A stretch of DNA of 64,000 bases from Macrostomum lignano. Lineage: Eukaryota. Of the stretch, positions 14,254 to 26,131 are shown piece by piece (within the stretch, counting starts at the first letter, position 1; every line of letters starts with the position of its first letter). The stretch spans positions 180,924 through 244,923 of the forward strand of contig NIVC01001730.1 of the NCBI GenBank assembly GCA_002269645.1, given 5' to 3'. The notes under the pieces were generated by a model. It saw nothing but the letters and a program-made list of their open reading frames with translations. It ran no database searches and was not told the origin of the DNA. The translations under genes and the position numbers were made by a program.

Positions 14254-17200
14254 CTGTCTATCGTAGCATCGTAATAGAAACAGTTTATTGTATTCTGTCG
14301 CCTGCTCCGGGTGGCCCCTCACCGATTTTTTCAGTCTGTGATTTACGAATGCCCAGTAAATTTTAGCCAGCCGCTGCTTTCCTAGCTTTCAGTGAAAGCT
14401 GTTCAAATATTTGTAAATGTGGCCGCAGCGCACAGATGCACTAAAGACCTTTGGGGGGCAGGTGCAGCTGTACTAAAACTACAGTTTCGCTTCCAACTCG
14501 AACAAGCCCACACTTGCTGTCCTTAGTAGTGAAGACCATAGTGAAATATCTGGACCAGGGGGGCTGTTTTCATTCAAATAATTTGATCATTCCGGCTACT
14601 GAAACTTGTGTGATCTGCCTGCCCGCCTGTCTGTCTGATTGGAACAGGCCTGTTTTTGTTTTCGTCTGGCCTTTTGGCTAGGGAGGGGGGCAGCTCAAGT
14701 ACAGAGCAATGTCACATGTCACGTGGTCGTGGTGTAACCCACACCTTTCGAGATAGGAACTACGAGAGCAGAGTATAGTTGCGGGGTTGTAATAACTTAT
14801 ACTAACCGGTAGAATTTCCCAATACGATCTTGAGTATTTTACAAGCATCTTATATTTTGCAGGGCAAGCTGCCGGTGAAGTGGCTGGCTCCGGAGTGCTT
14901 GAAGTCGCAGTACTTCTCCAGCAAATCTGATGTGTAAGTTCTGTGTACATTGTTTGTATTTGTGAGCAATTCTGCTTAGTACTAGCAAATCACCTTTAAT
15001 AACTATGGGTTAGTGGGTATCTCAAACCGTGAATCCATGGAGTCAACCGGTATCTCAAACTGTGAATCCCTCGAGTCAACCGGTATCTCAAACCGTGAAT
15101 CCCTCGAGTCAACCGGTATCTCAAACCGTGAATCCCTCGAGTCAACCGGTATCTCAAACCATGAATCCCTTAAATCAACCGGTATCTCAAACCGTGAATC
15201 CCTTGAGTCAACCGGTATCTCAAACCGTGAATCCCTTAAGTCAACCGGTATCTCAAACCGTGAATCCCTTGAGTCAACCGGTATCTCAAACCGTGAATCC
15301 CTTAAGTCAACCGGTATCTCAAACCGTGAATCCCTTGAGTCAACCGGTATCTCAAACCGTGAATCCCTTAAGTCAACCGGTATCTCAAACCGTGAATCCC
15401 TCGAGTCAACCGGTATCTCAAACCGTGAATCCCTTAAGTCAACCGGTATCTCAAACCGTGAATCCCTTGAGTCAACCGGTATCTCAAACCGTGAATCCCT
15501 TGAGTCAACCGGTATCTCAAACCGTGAATCCCTTAAATCAACCGGTATCTCAAACCGGGAATCCCTCGAGTCAACCAGTATCTCAAACCGTGAATCCCTC
15601 GAGTCAACCGGTATCTCAAACCGGGAATCCCTTGAGTCAACCGGTATCTCAAACCGTGAATTTCGAGAACCTATCGTGGTCACCAGTTCCTTGAATCCAT
15701 TCACACACTTCACACACCTATTCCATTTTAGTCTGGTATTTAAATTTCAATAAACTGCATTTAAAAGTGTTTTTCATTGTTGCTAGAAGGCTCAGATGAA
15801 GTGAGGGATGCTGACTAAACAGCCCAGTTCAGGAGTTATTACTCAAAACGGCACGTTTGTCTCCGTCCGCCAATTAGTGTCTAAACGGGAGGCGCTCCAG
15901 CAGCCATAAATTATGCATGTCCACACCGTCCCCCCCCCCGAGTTGCGGGACTCCACCCTTCTCAAGTTTGCTCAGTTCAGCCCGTCGCTGTGGCGGTCGG
16001 CAGCGGAGCGGCTGCGGCAAAGTCAGGCCCTCCACCCGGACTAAGAAGGCAATTAATTATAATTAAATTGCTGCCCTATTCTCAGCCCGCGATTGACCAA
16101 TAAGCTGGGCTTTGAGTCTCTTTGTCTCTCTGCTCCCCTCCCCTAGTAGCAGCAGCAGCAGCTCATTTTGCTCCTGACAGACACCCCGCCTAAATCGCCC
16201 GGGAAGGTGACGATCTGATAAATCTCCCAGCGATCAAAATTGAGCTAATCCTGATCCAGTTTCTCGGCGTTAGGAGGGGATTGAAAGAACCGGGAAGTGT
16301 TGTTGGAATTCCGCTATAGATTGTCATTAATAACTGATTTTCTAGCTCCGTTTGCTAGCAGCGCGTGAAAAGGCTGACGGTGAGAATAGCGGAGTTCGCC
16401 ATTCTTCGGCATTCTCCTCCTGCTGCTACTCCTCCCTTTTATTCCCCGGCCACACAATCGGAATTATAGAATGGCAGAAACCTTTGCCTGTGCATAAATC
16501 TTTACCGCCAGACAGTCAATGCAATAGCGTAATAACATAGCAGTGCAGCTGCGACTTCATTGCTCAGCTCGCCCCTCCACAACTGGCCTGCGCGGAACCG
16601 CCACGCGGTCGGGGGGGGGGGGCGCCATGAGATCTTCACTTCACCGCCAGTTTTGTAAGCACAGCGCGGCGGCGGCGGTATACCGTAAAATATCCCCCCT
16701 CTCTACAGTGTGTGCGTTGCAGGTTTTTTTACCGCGTGGCATTCATAGAAATCCAGATCGGATCACGTGATTCCACGTGAGTGAGTCGTGGCTTAGGGAC
16801 GCGGGTAGCACGGGGAGGCGGGCGGGAGAGGTGGAAGAGAACAAGGCTCCTATAATATAGTTCCTCTCTTTGTTGCGCGCGTGGAAAGTCCTTTGTGCTG
16901 ATGGATGCAGCGCATTGAGTGAGTTCTTGCTTACCTGCCGGGCGTTTTGGGATGATTTTTGACCTAACCTACCGGTTGAATTTTATTAATTGCAACTGGC
17001 TTAGCTTTGAGAGTTGTTCACGCGCCGGTGAAAGTAAAATTTATGATTGCTCAATGGCCTCGCTCACACAATAACAGCGAGGCGATTCCTGATCCCAACG
17101 GTGGGATAAAGGACGAATTTTGAGAAGCAAAACAGCAGCAATTCCCAGGCCAACCTTGCGCGCTTTATTGGTTGAGGGAATGCTTTTTCACAGAGCAGCC

Positions 17201-18735
17201 TTTAAAAGCCCCGCTGCTGGCCTCAAAACTTGAAAAGTGCGCGAAAGCCTTTTCAGCTACTGCTGGCCTGGCTGAAGGGACAAGTGAAGGGGGGTATAAA
17301 TAACTCCCCGCCCCTTCCCTCCGGTCCTAAACAGGGAATCTGATCCTGCGTGCACTGCTGCACCCCCAAAAGCTGCTGTAAATTTGCTTGCTCCTTGCCC
17401 CATTTCAGCTCTTTGACCTTGCGTATGCACTTAGTAAAAATATTTGAATCCTATTCCGGTGCGTCACTGCAGAACGTTGGGGCTTGTTTTTCTAGTTTCA
17501 AAGTTTAACGAGTTTCTTCGCTTCTATTCACGTTCAATTCTCCTAAATCTGGTTTCCCCTACTCGAACCCTTTATGATCCCATCTCGAATCCATGAAACC
17601 CCTTCTCGAATCCATGAAATCCTATCTCCGAATCCATGAAACCCCATCTGGAATCCATGAAATCCCATCTCAGTATCCATGAAACCCCATCTCGAATCCA
17701 TGAAATCCCATCTCAGTATCCATGAAACCCCATCTCGAATCCATGAAATCCTATCTCCGAATTTATAAAATCCCATCTCAGTATCCATGAAACCCCATCT
17801 CGAATCCATGAAATCCTATCTCCGAATTTATAAAATCCCATCTCAGTATCCATGAAACCCCATCTCGAATCCATGAAATCCTATCTCCGAATTTATAAAA
17901 TCCCATCTCAGTATCCATGAAACCCCATCTCGAATCGATGAAATCCCATCTCAGAATGCATGAAATCCCCATCTCAGAATCCATGAAATCCCATCTCAGA
18001 ATCCATGAAACCCCATCTCGAATCGATGAAATCCCATCTCAGAATGCATGAAATCCCCATCTCAGAATCCATGAAATCCCATCTCAAAATCCATGAAGTC
18101 CCCTCTCAACTCTATGAAATCCAAATATACTATATCTCTAAGTTCCAATCTCAAATTCCATGAAATCCCTATCTCAAAATCCATGAAATCCCATCTCAAC
18201 TCCATAAAACCCCATCTCAAATCCATGTAATCCCATCTCAACTCCATAAATCCCCATCTCAAAATCCATGAAATCCCATCTCAACTCCATAAAACCCCAT
18301 CTCAAATCCATGTAATCCCAATCTCAAATCCCTGATATTCCCATCTCAAAAATCCGTAAAATCCTCTTGTCAAATCCTTGAAATCCTCTTATCGAATCCA
18401 TTAAAACTTGCCAACTCCACTGCTCAAAGCAGTTTAAAATCGTTCCATTCAACGCCTAGCAAGCCTCCTTGAATTGCAGCTGGGCCTACGGCATCCTCCT
18501 CTACGAGATATTCTCCAAAGGCGAGACCCCGTACCCCGGCGTGTCGCCGAACGGGGTGCTGCCGTACCTGGAGGCCGGCGGTGTCAATCCGCAGCCGGTG
18601 CTCGCCGGCGAGGGCCTCTACGGCCTCATGCGCGACTGCTGGGCCTGGGAGTCGCGCGATCGGCCCAGCTTCGAAAGCATCCTGGCCCGGCTGGACGGAC
18701 TCGAGAGGTGCTACGAGCACACCGACCTTCCGTGA
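2092..18735 (+). CDS. Ig-domain receptor tyrosine kinase, FGFR-like; 12 coding exons, about 915 aa
   Basis: Phase-consistent GT-AG exons: 2092-2119, 3550-3787, 4380-4982, 5493-5809, 6412-6654, 7624-8041, 8653-8762, 9667-9783, 12856-13064, 13317-13454, 14863-14933, 18480-18735 (2748 nt). Signal peptide [20 protein letters not shown]; three Ig-like domains (IVC..RWSKDG..GTYTC; RW..DTIGIYSC; LTLVC..NSGWYSC); TM segment [27 protein letters not shown] followed by QKRR; intact kinase motifs [51 protein letters not shown]. Confidence 0.92.
3815..4182. repeat. 31-bp minisatellite, RTK intron 2
   Basis: Unit GGGATCTGAACTCGCCCCGGGATCTGGCCTT. Confidence 0.95.
5096..5262. repeat. Degenerate 7-8-bp tandem repeat, RTK intron 3
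   Basis: CCCTTGT and CCCCTGGT units. Confidence 0.85.
5945..6282. repeat. 32-bp minisatellite, RTK intron 4
   Basis: Unit GAGTCTAATCTCAGGATCCCGATTCCCATTCT. Confidence 0.93.
8105..8620. repeat. 33-35-bp minisatellite, RTK intron 6
   Basis: Unit CCAATCTCCGATCCCAACCGCTAATTCCCCGACC. Confidence 0.95.
9803..10290. repeat. 27-bp minisatellite (54-bp dimer at its 5' end), RTK intron 8
   Basis: GGGACTCGATATGGGACTACGAGACTA alternating with GGGACTCGATATGGGACAGCAAGATTA. Confidence 0.95.
13479..14252. repeat. (GATA)n/(GACA)n microsatellite, about 770 bp, RTK intron 10
   Basis: Continuous GATA run with GACA interruptions. Confidence 0.98.
15016..15662. repeat. 33-bp minisatellite, RTK intron 11
   Basis: Unit GGTATCTCAAACCGTGAATCCCTCGAGTCAACC, about 19-20 copies. 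Confidence 0.97.
17560..18400. repeat. About 22-bp degenerate minisatellite, RTK intron 11
   Basis: Unit CATCTCGAATCCATGAAATCCC and variants. Confidence 0.93.
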
Positions 18736-18771
18736 CCGTCCGTGTCACTTTGCCTGGCAACTGGATTCATG

Positions 18772-20235
18772 CCAAGACAACTCGATATCCCATCTCAGAA
18801 AAACTCGATATCCCATCTCAGAAAAACTCGATATCCCATCTCAAGACAACTCGATATCCCATCCCCAAGACAACTCGATATCCCATCTCAGACAAACTCG
18901 AAATCCCATCTCAAAACAACTCGATATCCCATCTCAGACAAACTCGATATCCCATCTCAGAAAAACTCGATATCCCATCTCAGACAAACTCGATATCCCA
19001 TCTCAGACAAACTCGATATCCCATCTCAGACAAACTCGATATCCCATCTCAGACAAACTCGATATCCCATCCCTAGACAAACTCGATATCCCATCCCCTA
19101 GACAAACTCGATATCCCATCTCAGACAAACTCGATATCCCATCTCAGACAAACTCGATATCCCATCTCAGACAAACTCGATATCCCATCTCAAGACAACT
19201 CGATATCCCATCTCAAGACAACTCGATATCCCATCTCAGACAACTCGATATCCCATCTCAGACAACTTGATATCCCATCTCAGAAAAACTCGATATCCCA
19301 TCTCAGACAACTCGATATCCCATCTCAGAAAAACTCGATATCCCATCTCAGACAAACTCGATATCCCATCTCAAGACAACTCGATATCCCATCTCAGACA
19401 AACTCGATATCCCATCCCCTAGACAAACTCGATATCCCATCCCCTAGACAAACTCGATATCCCATCCCCTAGACAAACTCGATATCCCATCTCAGAAAAA
19501 CTCGATATCCCATCTCAGACAAACTGGATATCCCATCTCAAGACAACTCGATATCCCATCTCAGACAAAATCGATATCCCATCTCAGACAAACTCGATAT
19601 CCCATCTCAGACAAACTCGATATCCCATCTCAAGACAACTCGATATCCCATCTCAAGACAACTCGATATCCCATCTCAGACAACTCGATATCCCATCTCA
19701 GACAACTCGATATCCCATCTCAGAAAAACTCGATATCCCATCTCAGACAACTCGATATCCCATCTCAGAAAAACTCGATATCCCATCTCAGACAAACTCG
19801 ATATCCCATCCCCTAGACAAACTCGATATCCCATCTCAGACAAACTCGATATCCCATCTCAGACAAACTCGATATCCCATCTCAAGACAACTCGATATCC
19901 CATCTCAGACAAACTCGATATCCCATCCCCTAGACAAACTCGATATCCCATCCCTAGACAAACTCGATATCCCATCCCCTAGACAAACTCGATATCCCAT
20001 CTCAGACAAACTCGATATCCCATCTCAAGACAACTCGATATCCCATCTCAAGACAAATCGATATCCCATCTCAGACAACTCGATATCCCATCTCAGACAA
20101 CTCGATATCCCATCTCAGAAAAACTCGATATCCCATCTCAGACAACTCGATATCCCATCTCAGAAAAACTCGATATCCCATCTCAGACAAACTCGATATC
20201 CCATCTCAAGACAACTCTAGATCCCACTCGCAATA
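18772..20235. repeat. 22-24-bp minisatellite directly after the RTK stop codon
   Basis: Unit AACTCGATATCCCATCTCAGACA, about 60 copies. Confidence 0.97.
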
Positions 20236-22290
20236 CAACTCAAAATCCCATAATTTGATTCTGATTGCCAGTTCTCAACTTCCAGTTTCGCAGCGAGTGC
20301 AGTAACAAAGTTTGCCAACTTGCTAATGAGCACTAAAGCAACGCATCAGCTGTTCATTTATTATTTTTCTACGAACTTCATCACCATCATGTTTCGATTG
20401 ACCGTGCTGCAAAATCAATCTTGCTCTATTTTTTAGCTCGTAGACAATATTTTCCGCTTCACGCACGCATATGCTGTCCATACTACTTGCTATCGTCTGG
20501 CCAGGGAATCCCCCGCCACTTTATTACTTTTCGAACCCCTTTTTTTCCCTGTCTGTTGCCCCCACCCACAGCAAATTGGCATTACATTTAGCCAGCGCGC
20601 TCTGTACCTGTGTACATATGCACAAATAGTAGCTATTTTGCCATATATAAGCTTGATATTTTGGTGCTTGAACTCCCAATTTTGCCATCCCAAAGATGCA
20701 GCTGCGAGGCCCCAGTCCGATTTACAGATCAGTCTGCTATTTTTTTGTTTAAATTCATTTTTATTGTTTGCAAGTCTACAGGTGAAAGAGGCCCTAGCCG
20801 TAAAGTTTCCTAGTAAATGATTAATATTATTTTACCTATAATTAATATTATAATAATCTTTTCTAAGCGTCATCCCCGTGTGTTTTTAAAAAAGGCAGCC
20901 GTACAGGTACAGTGTACAATATGCAATGTACATAAGGTGCGTTTATATTCGCCTAGATACATATTTATGCATACAACATTTCGCATTTTTCAGCTCTGAA
21001 TGTCAATTTAACTGCAAACAGTCAATTATTGCTTGCAGTTGAAAAGCTGAAATTGCAAAATTTGTAAGGCAAGCAATTCATGCTCTATGATGAAGTGAAG
21101 CTCATGCCCCTCTGCTGTCATTTGTATTTTTTCGCTCATGTCCCGTAAACAAATGAGTGGCCTGCAAGGATCTTGTTTATTATATGCAGGTGCGTTTCCG
21201 CCGAAGCAGCTGATCTCCCATAATTATTCAATTCGTCTTGTACATGCAGCGGCCGTGCGCTGATCAACTAATATATTTGTGTTTATTTATTTTCTTCTAT
21301 ATTGTGCATTACCAGACCCTATGCATATGCTATTTTACAAGCCCTATATATGTATATATACTGTGTCATCTTGGGCCCCTGTGTGTGCGGCCTCGATTTT
21401 GCGTTACTCTCTAGTTGCAGCGTCCTTGTACTTTAGTTCTCCATGGCAACAGGACTCTGTTCCAATATGATCGAAGCCTGAAGCCCCCAGACCTGCCCGA
21501 TCGCATTTACTTGACTGGGTCTGCAGTTTTCTCCCGAAACTTCCCCTTGCGACTGCCCAGGCTCCGCCGCTACTGAGGGCTTCTGATGGATTGAATTTAT
21601 TGCAGTTTGATAAATATTAAGTTTATTGGCTCTGTTCTATTCGATACAGGAGTGTACTGATTTATGAACATGAAAATCAATCCATCACTAGCTTTCTTAT
21701 TAAATGCGGAGTAGGCCTGCATCTTTTTTGCCCCCCCCCCCACTCTCTCGTTCTGTTTTGGTGTTTTTTTGCTACCTTTGACTGAAATAAAATCATTGAA
21801 TTAAAAAAATCAAGGCGCCTTATACTTTTGTTTCGATGGATGGCAGATTGATAGAGGAGCGAAAGCAGACTAATAACAGAGCGAAAGGAGACTAATAGCG
21901 GAGCGAAAGCAGACTGATTGCAGAGACTAATAGCAGAGTGAAAAGCAAAAGTTAAAGCTCTATGTACGCTATTTGACGCATTATATACATTTGCGAACAC
22001 TTCGAGTCAAATGAACATTCTCCAAAACCCCGAGAGCTTGATCAACATCCTATACATATCAAGTCGAAAGATTTCTCAATCGTATATGGTCTGATTCAAT
22101 CTATATAACTACGAACGAGAGTATTACCCACTAGCCATAGACAGAAAACTTTTATTTGTGGATCAACTGCGTAAAAAGCATTGATAAGGTGACAGCAAAT
22201 ACAGAACCTACTATTGCAACTGAGCAAACGTCACTTAGCCAGATACGTCAACAGCATTGCTATATAACCAACATTGACAAGCCATCGCGA

Positions 22291-23469
22291 ATGGACTCCG
22301 ACAAGTGTTCCGAGAACGACGCCTCTGGTAAATCCGAAGAACCGATGCCGAGGAAAAGCAGCACAGTGTCGCTCGGTGTCGACGTTCCTCCTGATTGCAC
22401 CATTGACTTAGCGGAGTTGGTGAAGCGGCTGCTCAGCTTCCAGCCTCCCAACGATGACTACTCTGTGCACCCAGAGCTGACCGCACAGGACTGCCTCATC
22501 GTGTGCCACATGGCGATCAAGTACCTGAGCAGCAGCACCAGCGTCTGTGTACAAACGGACTCGCCCATCAACATTGTCGGCGACCTTCATGGCCAGTTCC
22601 ACGACCTGCTGCGCTTCTTTGACCAGCTGGGCCAGCCGCCTCAGGCCAAGTTCCTGTTTCTGGGCGACTACGTGAACAAGGGCAAGTTCTCTCTGGAGGT
22701 GATTGTTCTGCTGCTGAGCCTGATGCTGATGTACCCAGACTCGGTCGTGCTGCTCCGCGGCAGCTCCGAGTGCGCCAGCAAATGCAGTCACTACGGCTTC
22801 AAGGACGAGTTGATTGGCCGCTTCGGTGCCAACAGCGGCACCTCGGTGTTTGTCGGCTTCCTCCGCTGCTTCCAGTGGCTACCGCTGGCCGCCATCGTAG
22901 GCGGGAAGCTGCTGTGCTGCCACGGCGGAGTGTCGCCGAGCTTCGAGCTGGAGCCGTTCGCGTCCGGTCAGCCGGAGACCAACGCCGACTTGCTGAACAA
23001 TAAGATCGAGCGGCCGTTCGAGCTGCAACAGTTCGGCCTGGCGTGCGACCTGCTGTGCTCGGACCCGATGAAGTCGCCAGCTCGGGACAACTTCGAGGTC
23101 TCCGTGCCGGAGGGAGAGCGGCTGAAGCTCAACTGGGTGACGCGCGGACGCAGCTGCTCCTATCACTTCTCTAAGGAGGCTCTGTCGGAAGTGCTAAGGA
23201 TTCTAAACTTGTCTCTACTGATTCGGGGCAAGTGTCACGGCCCTGATGGCTTCAACGTGCTTTTGGACCGCCGCTGCGTCGCCCTAATCAGCTCCACCGA
23301 CTACCTGGGCCAGAAAAAGAACAACGCCTCCGTGCTGCAGATTGACAGCAGCAACATCAACACGAGGAAGCCGGGCGCGTTCTTCGTTCTGTGCCCAGTC
23401 AAAGCTGCGGCGAAGCACCTGCAGCATCTCTGGCAGAGTGCTGGCGAGATTGCCGGTGAAAAGAAATGA
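22291..23469 (+). CDS. Intronless PP1-like (PPP family) Ser/Thr phosphatase homolog, copy A, predicted pseudophosphatase, 392 aa
   Basis: ORF from the ATG at 22291. PPP motifs are recognisable but altered: GDLHG, GDYVNKG (canonical GDYVDRG), RGSSE (RGNHE), HGG, DLLCSDP (DLLWSDP), RGKC (RAHQ), SSTDY (SAPNY). Confidence 0.9.
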   Translation: MDSDKCSENDASGKSEEPMPRKSSTVSLGVDVPPDCTIDLAELVKRLLSFQPPNDDYSVHPELTAQDCLIVCHMAIKYLSSSTSVCVQTDSPINIVGDLHGQFHDLLRFFDQLGQPPQAKFLFLGDYVNKGKFSLEVIVLLLSLMLMYPDSVVLLRGSSECASKCSHYGFKDELIGRFGANSGTSVFVGFLRCFQWLPLAAIVGGKLLCCHGGVSPSFELEPFASGQPETNADLLNNKIERPFELQQFGLACDLLCSDPMKSPARDNFEVSVPEGERLKLNWVTRGRSCSYHFSKEALSEVLRILNLSLLIRGKCHGPDGFNVLLDRRCVALISSTDYLGQKKNNASVLQIDSSNINTRKPGAFFVLCPVKAAAKHLQHLWQSAGEIAGEKK

Positions 23470-24224
23470 AGCGACACTCCGTTATTGCATTTATTTCTGT
23501 TTGTATTGAAAAAGAAATTATTTTGAATTCGCATTACATTTTAAGTTACTGGAAGAGATTAAAGATTTACGCAACTCAATCACACGGTCCAAAAAAAGAC
23601 TAAGGATTCTGTTTTCAATGCATGGACTTGGTCATTGTTGTCGAAAAACTTTTCAGCTGGTTGAAAAAACTTGGTAACCTTAGTCTTTTGAGTTGTTCGA
23701 TTCAACGCCGCGAGAACGAGCGATCTCAGCTCAAAGTGAGGCCTAAAAGGCACAAAACACACCACCCACCCCAGCGCCGCAAACCCACCCCCACGGGTGG
23801 AGCCAAACAACCCCTCCTAGCCAATCGCAAACGCCGGTTAGCCCACGCCGTACAAGCCGACTAGGCAAACCGGTCATCATAGATAGTGTTCTGAATCAAT
23901 CTAATTCATTTCTGGTGTGAAAGCGTGATCCTCTACATGTATCTTAATTCGAGAAATTCTCTTAAGCTTAGTTGGCGACACCACCAAGTAGTCGGAGCTC
24001 TCCTTCAAATCAAGGACACGATTGGTACTTGGGTCTGAGTGGATTCAATAGCTAGCGGCTTGTCTTCGCGTTCGCGTTCGCCTTCGTGTATTCGCGTTCA
24101 TGCAGGTGAAGATGAATGTACATATGGCCAAGTTTTTTGCCATAGGGTACGAGCATGCTTCTCAACCAGAAACCTTGGGCAGGTAGTTTTCGGTATGCAG
24201 CAGCCTTCGGTGACTTATATTTGG

Positions 24225-24445
24225 CATGCAGCCTTCCTTCATGCAGCCTTCCTTCATGCAGCCTTCCTTCATGCAGCCTTCCTTCATGCAGCCTTCCTTC
24301 ATGCAGCCTTCCTTCATGCAGCCTTCCTTCATGCAGCCTTCCTTCATGCAGCCTTCCTTCATGCAGCCTTCCTTCATGCAACCAATTCCTTCATGCAGCC
24401 TTCCTTCATGCAGCCTTCCTTCATGCAGCCTTCCTTCATGCAACC
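24225..24445. repeat. 15-bp tandem repeat between the two phosphatase genes
   Basis: Unit CATGCAGCCTTCCTT, about 14 copies. Confidence 0.95.
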
Positions 24446-25289
24446 TTCGGCACTTACTTGTACATCTTTTTTTCTGTTTGTACATCAGCCTGGTGATTTT
24501 ATGGCATGATTGATGCCAGTACAGCACAAGAAGCCTTAGGGATCGAGCAGCATTGCAAAAAAAATGTAAGTTGGTTAATTTTAACTTTGGTCTTTTAGCT
24601 GCCGTCGGCATATTTTATGTAATCATGTCGTTTAGATGTAATGTGTTGACGTTGTTCAGCTAGGGCTTTCGACCTTTTACAGACTATATACTCGTAGCGA
24701 ATGTTAAACTGCGGACCAAGCCTCATCGGAGAAAATGGATTTACAGAATAGTCTGAAAAGCTGACAATGCAATTCTAGTTGTTGGGGGTCGGTTGGTCTC
24801 TACTTTAGATTTTCTGAGTACAGAGAATAAGTTCTTACGTAATGGTACTTTCCTAGTGCTGTTGATCGAACAACACATCAAAATGATAATGGCAATCAAG
24901 AAAACTCGAGCACATGCATAGAGTGTGGTAAATGAAAGTTTTTTCCGTTTATACTTATTTATTTTTTTGGTCTGAAGCAAAAGCAGAGGAATCGTCTCTT
25001 GGCCGAGGCGAAACCGAGGCCTGGATGCGAGTCCGAAGCTTATGCTTCAGACCAAAGACAAAAATAAACGGAAATAATATATTTATACCCCGTTTGGCCA
25101 TATTAACACTGTAAATTTAACCATAGAGAAATTTTGATTTGATGCCGTTCACAAAAACGACTGTGTTGGGTAGTTAAGAGTGAGTAGTTGTCTCTATCTC
25201 TACTAAACCTTCTCTGTGACGTTTTCGACTAATTTGCTGCATGAGTGATGTCGATAGCGTCAGCTTTGAATTACTTAGTCTTGCTGAAG

Positions 25290-25530
25290 TCGAAGCTGTC
25301 TAAAGTGACTTGCCATTGGCACCCGCAACCGACTATCCGAGTTTGAGCAAGCGCGATCTCAACTACGTTCTTAAGTGCTTTATCTTAGAGATCCGAAATT
25401 AACGTGGTGATTGCTATGGCGCTTCAGCGTTGAAGAATTACTTTCAGCATGCTGCAATACTACTTGTTCAAACACTGCGGAAAGCCATGGAGCCTCTGGA
25501 AGGACCGGGGAATTCAATGAGAGCCGACGT
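25290..25530 (+). mobile_element. Decayed Crypton-like (DUF3504 tyrosine-recombinase family) fragment
   Basis: DLNYVLKCFILEIRN*RGDCYGASALKNYF/MLQYYLFKHCGKPWSLWKD/EFNESR (one stop, small indels) resembles the recalled LNYWL..FVLE.R..DG..Y.P.TL....LQRYL....FKD.EF motif. Confidence 0.5.
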
Positions 25531-26131
25531 CCGAAGAGAAACTCTGCTCGGAAGATGTGATTGCGATTGGTAGTGATGTCCACGACAACTGGTGAGTTCT
25601 GTGATTTGGGGGGGGGGGTCAATGTGGAGTTGTGCGTGGTGATTGTCTACTTTGATTGAGTTGATCTGTTACGACCCATTGACTCACTTTTACCTGTCAA
25701 GCCAAAAAAACTGGTTAACAACTGCTCGCTTTTCTAAAACATTATAATCTGTTGTTTGTACATGTATTTCTCAAGGACCACTGTAGTAGTAGTGGTCCTT
25801 GGTATTTCTTTGAGTACTTTCTTGTGGCTCATTCGTTTGTCTTATTTATTTGGATCGTTTATTTGGCCGGGACAAATAAACGTCTTTTACATTGGACCAT
25901 AGACTCATTCGGCGCGGCCAAAAGGGGTCTAAAATTTACTCCGTAAATAGGTATATGCCAGATTGACGCTCCAGATCACGGAACCTTCACTCGCACTGGT
26001 GCAAATAAACGATCTGTGCACTTGCTTGCAACTGACGAAGGATTGGCCATAGACATCGGCACAAGTGGGGCATACCTAGAGCAACAAGCAACGGTGGCCA
26101 TTGGTTTTCGTTGAACTCATTCAGAACCAGC

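Noticed and set aside
13759-14322. 187-aa IYLS ORF
   Set aside because: Translation of the (GATA)n microsatellite.
22156-22290. 45-aa N-terminal extension of phosphatase copy A from a GTG start
   Set aside because: Non-ATG start in a eukaryote, with AT-rich composition. The ATG at 22291 gives a length matching copy B.
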